A stretch of 63,994 nucleotides of DNA, the filler included, from Octopus bimaculoides (Eukaryota): NCBI RefSeq assembly GCF_001194135.2. It is 9 parts of 7 records of this genome, joined end to end, with 100 filler letters (N's around TTAATTAATTAA, not from the genome) between each part and the next. Parts side by side here need not be neighbours in the genome. Positions count along the whole stretch, not along the records: positions 21,455 to 38,937 come from NC_069008.1; 8 more parts are not named here. One strand, written 5' to 3'. Shown in pieces: positions 24,392-36,326 of this stretch. How positions within the stretch are numbered: the first letter of the stretch is position 1; each line of letters starts with the position of its first letter. Both the position numbers and the translations under genes were made by a program. The notes under the pieces are model-generated. The model ran no database searches and had not been told where the DNA came from. It was given only the letters and a program-made list of their open reading frames with translations.

Positions 24392-25000
24392 AAGAAAAAA
24401 ACGTTTTGTAGAATATCCTGATCTTTCTCAATACTAACTTCAGAACTTTGGGAAACCTACCAACCATTTGACCATGTATGAATCTGCTGACACAAGCCAG
24501 GTTGGCTACATTCTCAACAGAAAGCAAGGTATGCAGATACTTGTGAAAGGAAAGTCATTGCCTAGTAAACGATGGACTTCACATTTGTTGCAGGGAATTA
24601 GTAATAATGATAGACACTTCGCATGTGACGAGTGAAATGTGTCAGTCACTATAAGTAAAGTGACGTCAGCCAGTATTGAGAGAGTACATGTAGACTGTGG
24701 TGAAAGTCGTGTCTGTACTGATATAGTAATTATAATGTGATACGGAATAAACACTATAACGATCCAACCTTTTGAGGATAAAAACACTGTATGGCTGGGT
24801 GTGGTACAGTGACAGATTGGAACATTCTCTCCATGACTTCTGTCTATAACAATATCTCTCAGAAGAAGAACCATCGTACAAAGACAGACAGATAACAAGA
24901 ACATGAGTTATTAGAGCTTGAAGGTGTGAAAGATTTTAACCAATCTGGAAATGGGAGTCTTAGAAACTTCAGGATTCTTAAAACAGTTAGAGATGTGATG
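24392..25000 (+). repeat. ZNF-1 3' flank paralogous to 31690-32330 (old RTE endonuclease remnant)
   Basis: 24424-24731 is identical to 31733-32040. It translates as NF.KPTNHLTMYES..SQVGYIL.RK, resembling the C-terminus of an APE domain. Confidence 0.8.
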
Positions 25001-25149
25001 TACTGATTAAAGACAAAAGCTCAGTTTTAGCAGTGAAGGACCCACAACTTCTTTGAGACTGAAAAATGAATTGATGCAATGTGAAGACACTGTTCACCGT
25101 TTTCTTCGCATATGATGTAGGGTCTAAGTTTGATTCCACGCAGTGACCT

Positions 25150-25330
25150 GAACAATAATAATAACATCGAAAAATACCTTAGGAATGAGAACCCAGGTTC
25201 AAAATTTCCCCAAGACACCTGATGAAGGCTGGAGGGTGTATCAGCCGAAGCATGTTAACGACAAGATGAGGACAAATATCTGTCAAATGTAAATAATGTA
25301 CATAATTCCTCATCTCTTAAATAGAGAACT
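25150..25330 (+). mobile_element. Penelope-like pLTR/tail fragment with a degenerate hammerhead core
   Basis: CTGATGA-A-GGCTG-loop-CAGCC-GAAG at 25219-25250. The PLE assignment is inference. Confidence 0.5.
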
Positions 25331-25339
25331 ATACAAATT

Positions 25340-26050
25340 AGCCAGTTGACGACAATACGCATCAGAATTAATGGTCTGCTTTTGTGGGAGAAGCTCATAA
25401 TAAATAATGCTTTTATGATCCCACCAAACTCAAAGCAGTGTTTTTTGGCATGAATATTGGTCTTTAGTTGCTGTTTTCAGGAAATTCTTACGTAAACTCC
25501 ATGATCTTTTGCACGCTGTGCTTTTGTACATAATACATTTTTCGTTGCCACTCACAAGTTATTTCAAAAAAGGCATGCTTTCATTCCATTTCAAAAGCAT
25601 ATTGCAAACAGAATACTGGTCCAAGCAATTCTTTTCTGAGAGTTTGTGAGAAACCCATACATTATAGCAAAAAATGTATCCTAGCTTCACTCAGTGTTCA
25701 CAAGTCGTACTTTCAGAAACTTCCAACTCCTCTGCAAGTTCTCTAGTCAGGATACTTGAATTTTCTTCAGTTTTTGTTTTCAAAATATCTTCTTACAATG
25801 TCTTCCACTACGACTCATCTTCCAAACTAAATTCTCCAGTTTTAAATTTTGCAAACCACCTTCAAGTAGTTAATAAACCTACAGCATAACCACCATAAAT
25901 CTCAAATATTTCTGCAAGTCTTTGCTGCATTTTCTCCTTTTTTTTTTAAACCGTAAAGTATTACAGCATGAATATGAATTTTTTCCGTTTTCTCTTTCAA
26001 ATGTCCATAAAGTCTAACCAGAATGAAAGATAAATCCATTTTTAGTCACG
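25340..26050 (-). mobile_element. Degenerate mariner transposase
   Basis: Minus-strand frames: KIHIHAVILYG..KGENAAKTCRNI, CNMLLKWNESMPFLK*LVSGNEK, WWDHKSI...ELLP. Confidence 0.75.
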
Positions 26051-26189
26051 AACAAAGAAAAGATGCACTACCACCACCTCAAGCATTGCCAAAGTTTTAA
26101 CTGTCATGTTTCAGGTGTGCTTAATGAAGCATTCGAAGATTTAGCTTTAAAATGCTCAGAAGTTTTCGGATAACCTAATGCTATGCGGA

Positions 26190-26800
26190 ACATATTGGGA
26201 ACCAGATAAGCGACGACAACAAAAGTTCTGTCCCCCCACCCGTCAGAATCATGTGGCTAGGCCATTCCCTCAGACACTACCTCTCCTAACATAACAGCAT
26301 ACAGGACACATGCTGTCTGAAACAGTGTCCCATCAAAGCCAATTGGCCAACAGACTGTGTCTGGCCATGTTTTCAAACTCGTGATATACAAGATGACCTG
26401 TACTTGCAGGGAAATGTATATAGGATTGACTGAATGATAGCTTCACCTCAGAGTGAAGGAACACTTTTCACAAGGCCATGATAACCAATGCTGTATTCCA
26501 ACACCACCAACACTGGGTGGTATTTTCCCACCCATAGACTGACAAGGGGTATAGTTGCAGCCAACATCTGAATAAAGGAGATACATTTTATCAGAAAGAG
26601 GGCAGACAGCCCCTATGCCCAGAATGAACTCAGCTGGAAATTTACTTCTTCTGGAGCCTTTAACTAAAGCCAGCAGTAACCCTCATGGAACATCTGATGG
26701 AGGATTATAGATCCGAAAGCACTCACATACGCTGAGTTATACTTAACCCAAGAACAAGCAACAAAGCTACACACAGATCACATGCCACTGATAGGTTCCC
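26190..26800 (+). mobile_element. Penelope-like element 3' end: GIY-YIG endonuclease remnant and downstream hammerhead-like core
   Basis: 26381: VIYKMTCTCREMYIGLTE**LHLRVKEH, later IKEIHFIRK; CTGATGG-A-GGAT-TATAG-ATCC-GAAA at 26694-26718. Confidence 0.75.
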
Positions 26801-27376
26801 TCTATATGTCAATCTGTTTATCTTTGTGTTCGTTTGTGTCTCTATCTGCCTGTCTATCTCTCCATCCAACTATCTATCCTTCTATCAGTCTGTCAAATTG
26901 TACATCTATCCGTCCATCAATGGAGCCATTTGTCTGTTTATCATAAAACCGTGAAGCCTTAGAAAATTTCGGTGTAAGTTTTGAAATATTTTGTAAACTT
27001 TTGAACTTCAAAAACAATACTAAAAAATTTTCAGAAAAAAAGACATAACATTCTGATATTTTAAACGATTTCCAAGACTTTCCTCACAGTTCATGTAATC
27101 TACTAAAACCTCAAACCTTTAAAGCTACCTCAACTTCATTTCTTTTATAATTTTTTGTTTCTTTCGCTAATTACTAATTTCTCAGTCGTCACTTTATATC
27201 CATTCATTCCTCCCTCCTATCAAGTTCAAAAGTGCCCTAACTCAGTCACATCCATATTAACATCTACCAACTTATCTTAGCTTAATGTCCCCTGTTTCTT
27301 CCGACGCTACACTTTACCCTTCCCCTTTCACCTTGCCAACCCTTCTGAATAACTTCATTACCCAGTTGTCCCTCTG

Positions 27377-27592
27377 CACGTGACGCGCACACAGACATCA
27401 ACAGGAATATAAGGATAAGTAAGGGGAGAGAATTAGACTTAGCAGCCTTAAATATTTCAGGAGTGGAGATACGCATGCGCATACCTTCACTTCCCGTTGA
27501 TATCCTGCTCAGCTGATAATTCGTTTGTAATGCATTTCTCGACTACCAGATGCACACATATATAACAACACCATCCTTTATGAAACATTTCT
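27377..27592 (+). promoter_or_regulatory. Candidate promoter and non-coding first exon of ZNF-2
   Basis: Local CpG enrichment, CACGTGAC E-box (27377-27384), NRF1-like CGCATGCGCA (27472-27481), GTAAGT donor at 27593; matching acceptor tttctctctaatttcag at 28922. Confidence 0.5.
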
Positions 27593-28429
27593 GTAAGTAT
27601 TAAACAATGAAAATATTCAGCGTTTTTAATTCTGTAGCCTTTCGGTTTTTGGCGCTTCGATTATTTGTGTCTGTTCTATGTTTTATGAATGGGAGATGTC
27701 TATGATTTGTGCGGGATCTGGCTGCCATTTTTAGCTATGAAATGTACATTGTCAGGGAAAAAAATCGGTTCTATATTAACTTAATATACATTTTTTGGTA
27801 AATTTTTATATTAACACCCACACGATGTTCACTAACATAAAAAAAAACTCGGATTTTTTTCCGTGGGATCAATTACCCTGATATAATATGCTGCAAATCC
27901 CTTACTTTGGACCGGAAGAAGTGGGGGACCCTTCATCCCCATCCCGGAATCATTGGAATTTTTTTTTCTCTCGCTAGGATTGGACTGGAAATCAAAGTTT
28001 TTTGTTGTTTTTCACTAATCCAGTTGACTTTTAGTCCTTCATCATTCTAGTTTGACCTGTAATAAAAATTGCTGGTTTTGCAACTATCCATGTGATCATA
28101 TGACTGCATATTTCCTTTTAATTTCACCTCCCAGTCATGAATAAGAAAGACTGCATTGGATGATGTTGTCATAGATATACAACATTATTAAAATAGACAG
28201 GATTTTCATGGATGGAATGTCTTTAGTCATATGTCTCCTCTTTGATGACTAACATAGTCTCAAAAACAATGTCCGGTTCTATTTTTGGAGAAAGACTAAC
28301 GTTAGTGTCCACTACTCTGTAGTTCTCTTTTAAAACTGTTACGCATTGTAAAGGAGTCAGTGTAGTTTACAAATGTGTAAGCTTCACACAAAATTCTGTG
28401 AATTAGATTTTAATAAATTAAAATGTTAA

Positions 28430-28830
28430 CTTCATCATCATCATTCAACCTCCATTGGCCATGCCAATATGGGTTGGATGGTTTAACCGGGGCTGGGGAG
28501 CTGCAGCAGATTTCAGTCACATTTTGGCATGGTCTCTACTGGATGCCAACCACTTCACAGTGTGCAGTGTGCTTTTATGTGGCACCAAAGGGTCACTTTT
28601 ATATGGTGGCATTTTACAGGGCTTTTAATGTCCACAAGCACTTTTGAAGACCAGAGGGACAGGTCTTAACACTTCTGTTATGGAGTGTGCGTCTTCTTGA
28701 GTACAACAAAGCACCAGGAATCTTCGTCCTTTTCATCTCCCCTGATAGGTCTTTCAAGGTGTCCCATCTTCTTTGAGAGTCTAGCACTTCTTTACGGAGT
28801 TGTCGGCATCCAGCTCAGTTCTTCGGTTAA
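28430..28830 (-). mobile_element. Short 5'-truncated RTE copy in the putative ZNF-2 intron
   Basis: Reverse-complement RTE tail at 28435-28560 and ORF end (NSVKKC, WCFVVLKKTH). It falls in an approximately 670-bp block absent from the ZNF-3 paralogous intron. Confidence 0.6.
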
Positions 28831-28922
28831 ATGTTTAATTCTACAGTTTATCTCAATATAAATAAATCTGTATATTTTAAGTAGCCTCTAAATCTTACAC
28901 TGTTGTTTCTCTCTAATTTCAG

Positions 28923-29251
28923 AACATCAGATGACATTGACTTAACAGAAGAAACATCCTCAATATCTACCATGTTTTAACGACTAAAGAAAAATATTTT
29001 GCGAAACAGATGTATCGGATTGTTTCTACAAATCTATGGTTGAATTCCTGTGTCACATTTGCTCTGAAATAATATTTTTAGCCAAATTTGTGAACCTCCC
29101 TGGCTGGTGTTTACAAGAAGAGGAGCCTGTGTGCTCATTGAAGTTGGATAAATATCAGAAAGTGTTGCTAAACAAAAGTAACACTGGACGGAAATACAAC
29201 AGCTGAAGAAAGGAAGAAGAATATATAAACTGGGCTTTGACAGGAAAAATA
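28923..29251 (+). other. Putative 5' UTR part of the ZNF-2 coding exon, conserved with 37453-37794, with a 4-codon uORF
   Basis: tttcag|aacatcagATGacattg at both loci; shared blocks aagaagaggagcctgtgt and gttgctaaacaaa.gtaacac. Confidence 0.65.
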
Positions 29252-31174
29252 ATGGAAAATAGTGAGAAAATTGTTGAATTGATTTTCTCTGAACACATGA
29301 TAAAAAAGATGAGAGCATATGACTGTGATGTATGTACAGAGTCCTTCTTTGAAGAAAGTAACCTACTTGCACACAAACGTACTCATACAGGAGAGAAACC
29401 ATGTCTCTGTAATACCTGTGGTAAATCATTCTCTGAAAGTAGTCAATTAACTAAACACATACGTATTCATACAGGAGAGAAACCATATGATTGTGATATT
29501 TGTGGCAAATCATTCTATCGAAGTAGTAACGTTACCAGGCACAAACGTATTCATACAGGAGAGAAACCATATCATTGTGATATTTGTGGCAAATCATTCT
29601 CTCAAAGTTGTACATTAGCTAAACACAATCGTACTCATACAGGAGAGAAACCATATGATTGTGATATCTGTGGTAAATCGTTCTATAGAAGAAGTGACGT
29701 TACTAGGCACAAACGTATTCATACAGGAGAGAAACCATTTAATTGTGATATTTGTGGTAAATCATTCTCTCAAATACATCACTTAACTGAACACAAACGT
29801 ATTCATACAGCAGAGAAGTCATATGATTGTGATATCTGTGGTAAATCATTCTATCATAGTAGTCGCGTTACTACGCACAAACGTACTCATACAGGAGAGA
29901 AACCATATCACTGTGATATTTGTGGTAAATCGTTCTCTGAAAATACATACTTAGTAAAACACAATCGTATTCATACAGGAGAGAAACCATATCACTGTGA
30001 TATTTGTGGTAAATCATTCTCTCAAAGTGTTCACTTAACTGGGCACAAACGTATTCATACAGGAGAGAAGCCATATCATTGTGATATTTGTGGTAAATCA
30101 TTCTCTCTTAATGATGTCTTAACTAAACACAAACGTATTCATACAGGAGAGAAACCATATCACTGTGATATTTGTGGTAAATCGTTTTCTGAAAGTAGTA
30201 CATTATCTAGACACAAATTTATTCACACAGGAGAGAAACCATTTCATTGTGATATCTGTGGTAAATTATTCTCTCAAAATAGTAACTTAATGAAACACAA
30301 ATATATTCATACAGGAGAGAAACCATATCATTGTGATATCTGTGGTAAATCATTCTCTAATAATAGTTACTTAACTACACATGAACGCATTCATACGGGA
30401 GAGAAACCATATCACTGTGATATTTGTGGAAAATCATTCTCTGAAAATGGTACATTAACTAGACACAAATCTATTCATGCAGGAGAGAAACCATATCACT
30501 GTGATATCTGTGGTAAATCTTTTTCTCATAATAGTTACTTAACTACACATGTACGCATTCATACGGGAGAGAAACCATATCACTGTGATATTTGTGGTAA
30601 ATCATTCTCTGAAAATTGTACATTAACTAGACACAAATCTATTCATACAGCCGAGAAACCGTATCGCTGTGATATCTGTGGTAAATCATTCTCTCAAAAG
30701 AATAGCTTAACGAAACATAAACATGTTCATACAGGAGAAAAACCATATCATTGTGATATTTGTGGTAAATCATTCTCTCAAAGTAATCCCTTATCAAGAC
30801 ACAAACGTATTCATACAGCAGAGAAACCATATCATTGTGATATCTGTGGTAAATCCTTCTCTGAAAGTAGTACATTAACTAGACACATATCTGTTCATAC
30901 GGCAGAGAAACCACATCATTGTGATATCTGTGGTAAATCATTCTATCGAAGTAGTCACGTTACCAGGCACAAACGTATTCATACAGGAGAGAAACCATAT
31001 CATTGTGATATCTGTGGTAAATCATTCTCTCAAAGTGTTCAATTAACTGGACACAAACGTATTCATACAGGGGAGAAACCTTATCACTGTGATATCTGTG
31101 GTAAATCATTCTCTCAAAATTGTGACTTAACAAAACATAAATATATTCATTCAGGGAAAAAAGGAAAAAGGTAG
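29252..31174 (+). CDS. Tandem C2H2 zinc-finger protein, ZNF-2 (640 aa, 22 fingers, no effector domain)
   Basis: ATG at 29252 (the track start is an upstream TTG), 24-aa leader, 22 CxxC...HxxxH units at 84-nt period, TAG at 31172-31174. Confidence 0.96.
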   Translation: MENSEKIVELIFSEHMIKKMRAYDCDVCTESFFEESNLLAHKRTHTGEKPCLCNTCGKSFSESSQLTKHIRIHTGEKPYDCDICGKSFYRSSNVTRHKRIHTGEKPYHCDICGKSFSQSCTLAKHNRTHTGEKPYDCDICGKSFYRRSDVTRHKRIHTGEKPFNCDICGKSFSQIHHLTEHKRIHTAEKSYDCDICGKSFYHSSRVTTHKRTHTGEKPYHCDICGKSFSENTYLVKHNRIHTGEKPYHCDICGKSFSQSVHLTGHKRIHTGEKPYHCDICGKSFSLNDVLTKHKRIHTGEKPYHCDICGKSFSESSTLSRHKFIHTGEKPFHCDICGKLFSQNSNLMKHKYIHTGEKPYHCDICGKSFSNNSYLTTHERIHTGEKPYHCDICGKSFSENGTLTRHKSIHAGEKPYHCDICGKSFSHNSYLTTHVRIHTGEKPYHCDICGKSFSENCTLTRHKSIHTAEKPYRCDICGKSFSQKNSLTKHKHVHTGEKPYHCDICGKSFSQSNPLSRHKRIHTAEKPYHCDICGKSFSESSTLTRHISVHTAEKPHHCDICGKSFYRSSHVTRHKRIHTGEKPYHCDICGKSFSQSVQLTGHKRIHTGEKPYHCDICGKSFSQNCDLTKHKYIHSGKKGKR

Positions 31175-31739
31175 TTTCTGATTTGTTTTTAATATTCTTG
31201 TGTTTTATGCAATGAAATTAAAGTATTTCCATAAATTTACGATAGTTTTGGTTTTGTTTCTGTAATTTTCACCACCTTTCTTTGCATGATGTAAGGATCT
31301 CTATATCAGAACTCTCTCTCCTACTGACAACCCTATACATTATTCATTCTTGAATATTGCATCCCCAGAATATTCCTTATTGAATATCACATCTCTAAAA
31401 CTTCTGCATATTTATTATCTTTTAAAAGCTTCTCTCATTAAATATGTTATACAATAACATCTTTTATAACATTTTCATGCACAGGAATATTGTAAAGTCG
31501 TCAAATATGTTCATAAACAATGACCCCCCCAAATACAAAACAGAAGAAAAACATGAGGCATAAGTATAGTTTAGTGCCCCACACCAGACTGATTTTCTTG
31601 TTAGTTTCTGAAGAATAGTTTCTTTACATTAAGCAGAGATACGTTTTCAAAGGTCCAGATTAGGATTATTTTTGTAAAGCAGACAGAAACCGTTTTGTAG
31701 AATATCCTGATCATTCTCAACCCCACTCTGTTTTTCTCA

Positions 31740-33510
31740 ATACTAACTTCAGAACTTTGGGAAACCTACCAACCATTTGACCATGTATGAATCTGCTGAC
31801 ACAAGCCAGGTTGGCTACATTCTCAACAGAAAGCAAGGTATGCAGATACTTGTGAAAGGAAAGTCATTGCCTAGTAAACGATGGACTTCACATTTGTTGC
31901 AGGGAATTAGTAATAATGATAGACACTTCGCATGTGACGAGTGAAATGTGTCAGTCACTATAAGTAAAGTGACGTCAGCCAGTATTGAGAGAGTACATGT
32001 AGACTGTGGTGAAAGTCGTGTCTGTACTGATATAGTAATTGTACTGTCATACTGAATGGACATTATAACGATCCAACTTTTGAGGATAAAAACACTATGG
32101 CTGGGTGTGGTACAGTGCCAGATAGAAACATCCTCTCCATGACTCGCGTCTGTAACAATATCTCAGAGGGACAGCCATCGTTACAAAGACATAACAACAA
32201 CATGGATTAGAAGTTAATGATTTAAGACTTAGAGCTTAAATGTGTGAGAGATTTCAACCAATCAGGAAGAGGAAGTCTTAGAAACTTAGCTGATCCTTAA
32301 AACAATTGGAGATGTGATGTACTAATTAAATCCTTTAATAAAAAGGAGGAAATTGAGATATATAATATAGTGGGCAAATGGAAGCTCTTATGAGACAAAC
32401 TATGTAGAACTGCATAAAAAATCTGTAGCTGGTCTAAAATGCCATGTAGGTGAAGGGTGATGTGATCGCCGAACAGGGAAGTATACTGCAATAAAAGAAG
32501 AAAGGCATTCTTAGAAGATTTGGAAGAATAGAAACAGCTGGTAGCTGGAAGCGAAACTAGGAAACATCTCTATTTAGTAAGGGAAAAAAAACTGTAGAGA
32601 AAAAAGAAAAAAAGAGATAAGCTAATATTCTACAGCTTGAGCATAAAAATTATGAAGTATTCAGGTTTGCAGATATTGTGGTGTAGGATGTTTGTATAGA
32701 TGGATAATTTGCAGACTTGCATTCACCGATGATAAGAAATAAAGGCAAAGAGGCATTTGTGGAAGATTTGGAAGAATGGGAACAGCTGGGAGTGAAGCTA
32801 GGACACGGCTTCATTTAGTAAGTGACAAAATAGATAAAAAGAGGGATGCTAACATTGTACAACTTGAGGACCAAAATTGCAAAGTAATCTGCTTTGCAGA
32901 AATTGAAGTGGAGGATGTGTGTGCAGATGGATAATTAATTGATTGTAATCTGAAACAGGAAGTATAAATATGAAAGGCTACTAAATGTGAGAGAGCTGTC
33001 CCCATGTGAACATAAGAGAGGGTCCAGCCATTCTTGTTGGTAACAGTTAAAACTGTGAAAGCCCCTTGTCCATTAGGAATTACTTTTAAAGTGCATAAAA
33101 TATGTGTCATATTCGGATACAGCCTTCTCTCCAGTTAATCAATAAGGTTGTCCAGGAAGGTATCTTAAACAATGCTTAGTGTAACAGCATCATAGTCAAA
33201 ATGTTTCAAAGGTAAAGGAGATGCCTTAGAAGTAAATGCAGACATTTCAGATTATAGGACCAGGCTATGAAAGACATTGAAAGAGTCAGTCAAGTTAACT
33301 AGAAAGAGACTTAGCCTCGATGAGATGCAATTTAGCTTCATGCTGTAGAGAAGCACTGTTGATACTCTCCTTGTAGTTGGGCAATTTCAGAAGTATGAAA
33401 CAAGAAGTAAACCACTGTATAGCATTTGTGAAGCCAGAGGAAGCGTTTGGCTGGGAGACTCACTCCTTCATGTGGTAGCTGCTGCAAAAGCTAAGAGATG
33501 AATGGTTAGT
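31740..33510 (+). mobile_element. Old fragmented RTE LINE (APE remnant to start of RT)
   Basis: APE-like segment at about 31750-31900, GDFN-like gagatttcaac, EMQFSFM, SKPLY.AFV (about 33320-33440). Confidence 0.6.
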
Positions 33511-33564
33511 AACGAATGAAATATGAAGTTGTCCGGAAATTATGAGTGTTTCTTAATATATATT

Positions 33565-34325
33565 CTGATCAATAAGTATCCGGACTGTTGCCATAGTAAC
33601 AAAGCTAAAGCAAGCTGAGTGAAGCTGCTTGACACAGATTGACCTTAAACTCTGTTGAGCATGCGTACTAAGTTTTAACATTCTAGCTGACGTCCACTGT
33701 TTGCAGCAGTGCTTGAAAGGAACGTGTAAGACAATTGAGCAGAGGATCTGCATCAAACTTTGCTAAAAGCTCAGAGTGGCTGAAAAGATGTCAATAGTGA
33801 TGAACGTTCCGGGAGACCCACAACCAGCAGAATTGAAAAAAGACATCCTAGGTGTGCGTACAGCTCTGAGAAAAAATCGTCGAATCACCATCTGTGAGGT
33901 ATCAGAGAATGTGCAGTTTAGTTCAGAACATTATTGCTGAAGATGAGACATGTATGCTAAGTTTGTGCCAAAACTGCCTTCAGCTGACCAAAAATACACT
34001 TGAGTTTCATTTGCACAAGATCTCCTTGATTGTGTCGTGAATGATGAAAACTTTTTGCAAACAATCATAACGGGTGAAGAAGGGTCTATGGGTCTATGGC
34101 TATGACCCCAAAACAAAGACTCAGTTTTAGCAGTGGAAGACCCCCAACCTCTTTGAGTCTGAAGAAAGCATGAATGAGTTGAAGCAATGTGAACATACTG
34201 TTGACCGTTTTCCTCGACTTCAAGGGGATTGTTCATCAGGAGTACCACTGTGACGTTTTTCTGGACGCTATTCATTGGAAAAGGCCACAGCTGCATCCCC
34301 CCGCCCAGTGAGTGGCAAATGCACC
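33565..34325 (+). mobile_element. Internally deleted mariner element
   Basis: EQRICIKL, DERSGRPTT, RRITICEVSENV, KFVPKL, DENFLQTIITGEE, WVYGYDPKTKTQ. A related short fragment lies at 25010-25110. Confidence 0.8.
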
Positions 34326-34500
34326 ATGACAACATGCTGGTGTGTTTACGTCCCCGTAACTTAGCGGTTCGGCCAAAGCGACCGATAGAATAAGTACTAG
34401 GATTACAAAGAATAAGTCCCGGGGTCGATTTGCTCGACTAAAGGCGGTGCTCCAGCATGGCTGCAGTCGAAATGACTCAAAGCAGTAAAAGAATAAAGTA
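34325..34500 (+). mobile_element. SINE family A type-1 tail
   Basis: Matches 36375-36519. Confidence 0.85.
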
Positions 34501-36134
34501 AATGGGTGGANNNNNNNNNNNNNNNNNNNNNNNNNNNNNNNNNNNNNNNNNNNNNNNNNNNNNNNNNNNNNNNNNNNNNNNNNNNNNNNNNNNNNNNNNN
34601 NNNNNNNNNNNNNNNNNNNNNNNNNNNNNNNNNNNNNNNNNNNNNNNNNNNNNNNNNNNNNNNNNNNNNNNNNNNNNNNNNNNNNNNNNNNNNNNNNNNN
34701 NNNNNNNNNNNNNNNNNNNNNNNNNNNNNNNNNNNNNNNNNNNNNNNNNNNNNNNNNNNNNNNNNNNNNNNNNNNNNNNNNNNNNNNNNNNNNNNNNNNN
34801 NNNNNNNNNNNNNNNNNNNNNNNNNNNNNNNNNNNNNNNNNNNNNNNNNNNNNNNNNNNNNNNNNNNNNNNNNNNNNNNNNNNNNNNNNNNNNNNNNNNN
34901 NNNNNNNNNNNNNNNNNNNNNNNNNNNNNNNNNNNNNNNNNNNNNNNNNNNNNNNNNNNNNNNNNNNNNNNNNNNNNNNNNNNNNNNNNNNNNNNNNNNN
35001 NNNNNNNNNNNNNNNNNNNNNNNNNNNNNNNNNNNNNNNNNNNNNNNNNNNNNNNNNNNNNNNNNNNNNNNNNNNNNNNNNNNNNNNNNNNNNNNNNNNN
35101 NNNNNNNNNNNNNNNNNNNNNNNNNNNNNNNNNNNNNNNNNNNNNNNNNNNNNNNNNNNNNNNNNNNNNNNNNNNNNNNNNNNNNNNNNNNNNNNNNNNN
35201 NNNNNNNNNNNNNNNNNNNNNNNNNNNNNNNNNNNNNNNNNNNNNNNNNNNNNNNNNNNNNNNNNNNNNNNNNNNNNNNNNNNNNNNNNNNNNNNNNNNN
35301 NNNNNNNNNNNNNNNNNNNNNNNNNNNNNNNNNNNNNNNNNNNNNNNNNNNNNNNNNNNNNNNNNNNNNNNNNNNNNNNNNNNNNNGGGTGGGGATAGGA
35401 TTTCGGAAAATTCACACGATCCGTTTGTTTTTTCCCTCGTAACTTTCAGGAAAATGGTTATCTTTTAATGTAATCTTACAGAAGCACCTTTCAAACAACA
35501 TAGATTATGATTATAAAGAAATTTGTGGGGGGAAATGTTTTACGAAGTGGTAGGGAGAGGACTGTCGGAAAATTCACACGATCCGTTTTTTTTCTCCACG
35601 CCCCACCCCTCATAGCTTTCGGGATCTAGCTTAGCGTCCGATCACCGAAACGAAAAAAAAAAAAAAAACCAGCCTTAATAGGTGTACAAAACGTGTAGAA
35701 TACGAATATAAAAACAAAAATTTGCGCAAACGAACTGGGGCAGGGCGAGGTTTCGGAAAATTGGTGATTTATTTACACTATATCTTGAACATCCATAGCA
35801 AAACAAATTTAGAAATTGAAAATAACTATTCACAAACCTCATTCCATGCATCAATAACTGTTCTGTTTTCCTGCAAATGTTATTGTTTTCGTCTTATATA
35901 AAATACATGTACAGTTGTCACGTTATATTAAATATATTTAGGTTTATATGTATTGGATCGATTGATTATATTAGATACATTGTTTACTTGAAATTCAGGG
36001 ATGTCACTCCAGGTTTCTATCAAAGTGTACTTTCATTTCTTTTTTTTATGAGGAGCATACTTTCATTGTTTTATGAGGCTAAACAGCTAGATAAGCCTAT
36101 TCTCCGATCCCTTTTTATTTGCAAATGGAACATA

Positions 36135-36295
36135 GCGCAGGAGTGGCTGTGTGGTAAGTAGCTTGCTTACCAACCACATGGTTCTGGGTTCAGTCCCACC
36201 GCTTGGGACCTTGAGCAAGTGTCTTCTACTATAGCCTTGGGCCGACCAAAGCCTTGTGAGTGGATTTGGTAGACGGAAACTGAAAGAAGCCCGCC

Positions 36296-36326
<31 letters not shown>

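Noticed and set aside
24506-24904. Minus-strand ORF shared with 31815-32063 as a duplicated small protein
   Set aside because: Identity reflects the 308-bp DNA tract, the starts differ, and the plus strand reads as an RTE endonuclease remnant.
36135-36210. tRNA-like A/B boxes (also 42700-42782 and 55072-55140) as tRNA genes
   Set aside because: They run straight into SINE bodies repeated across the window and do not form a full cloverleaf.
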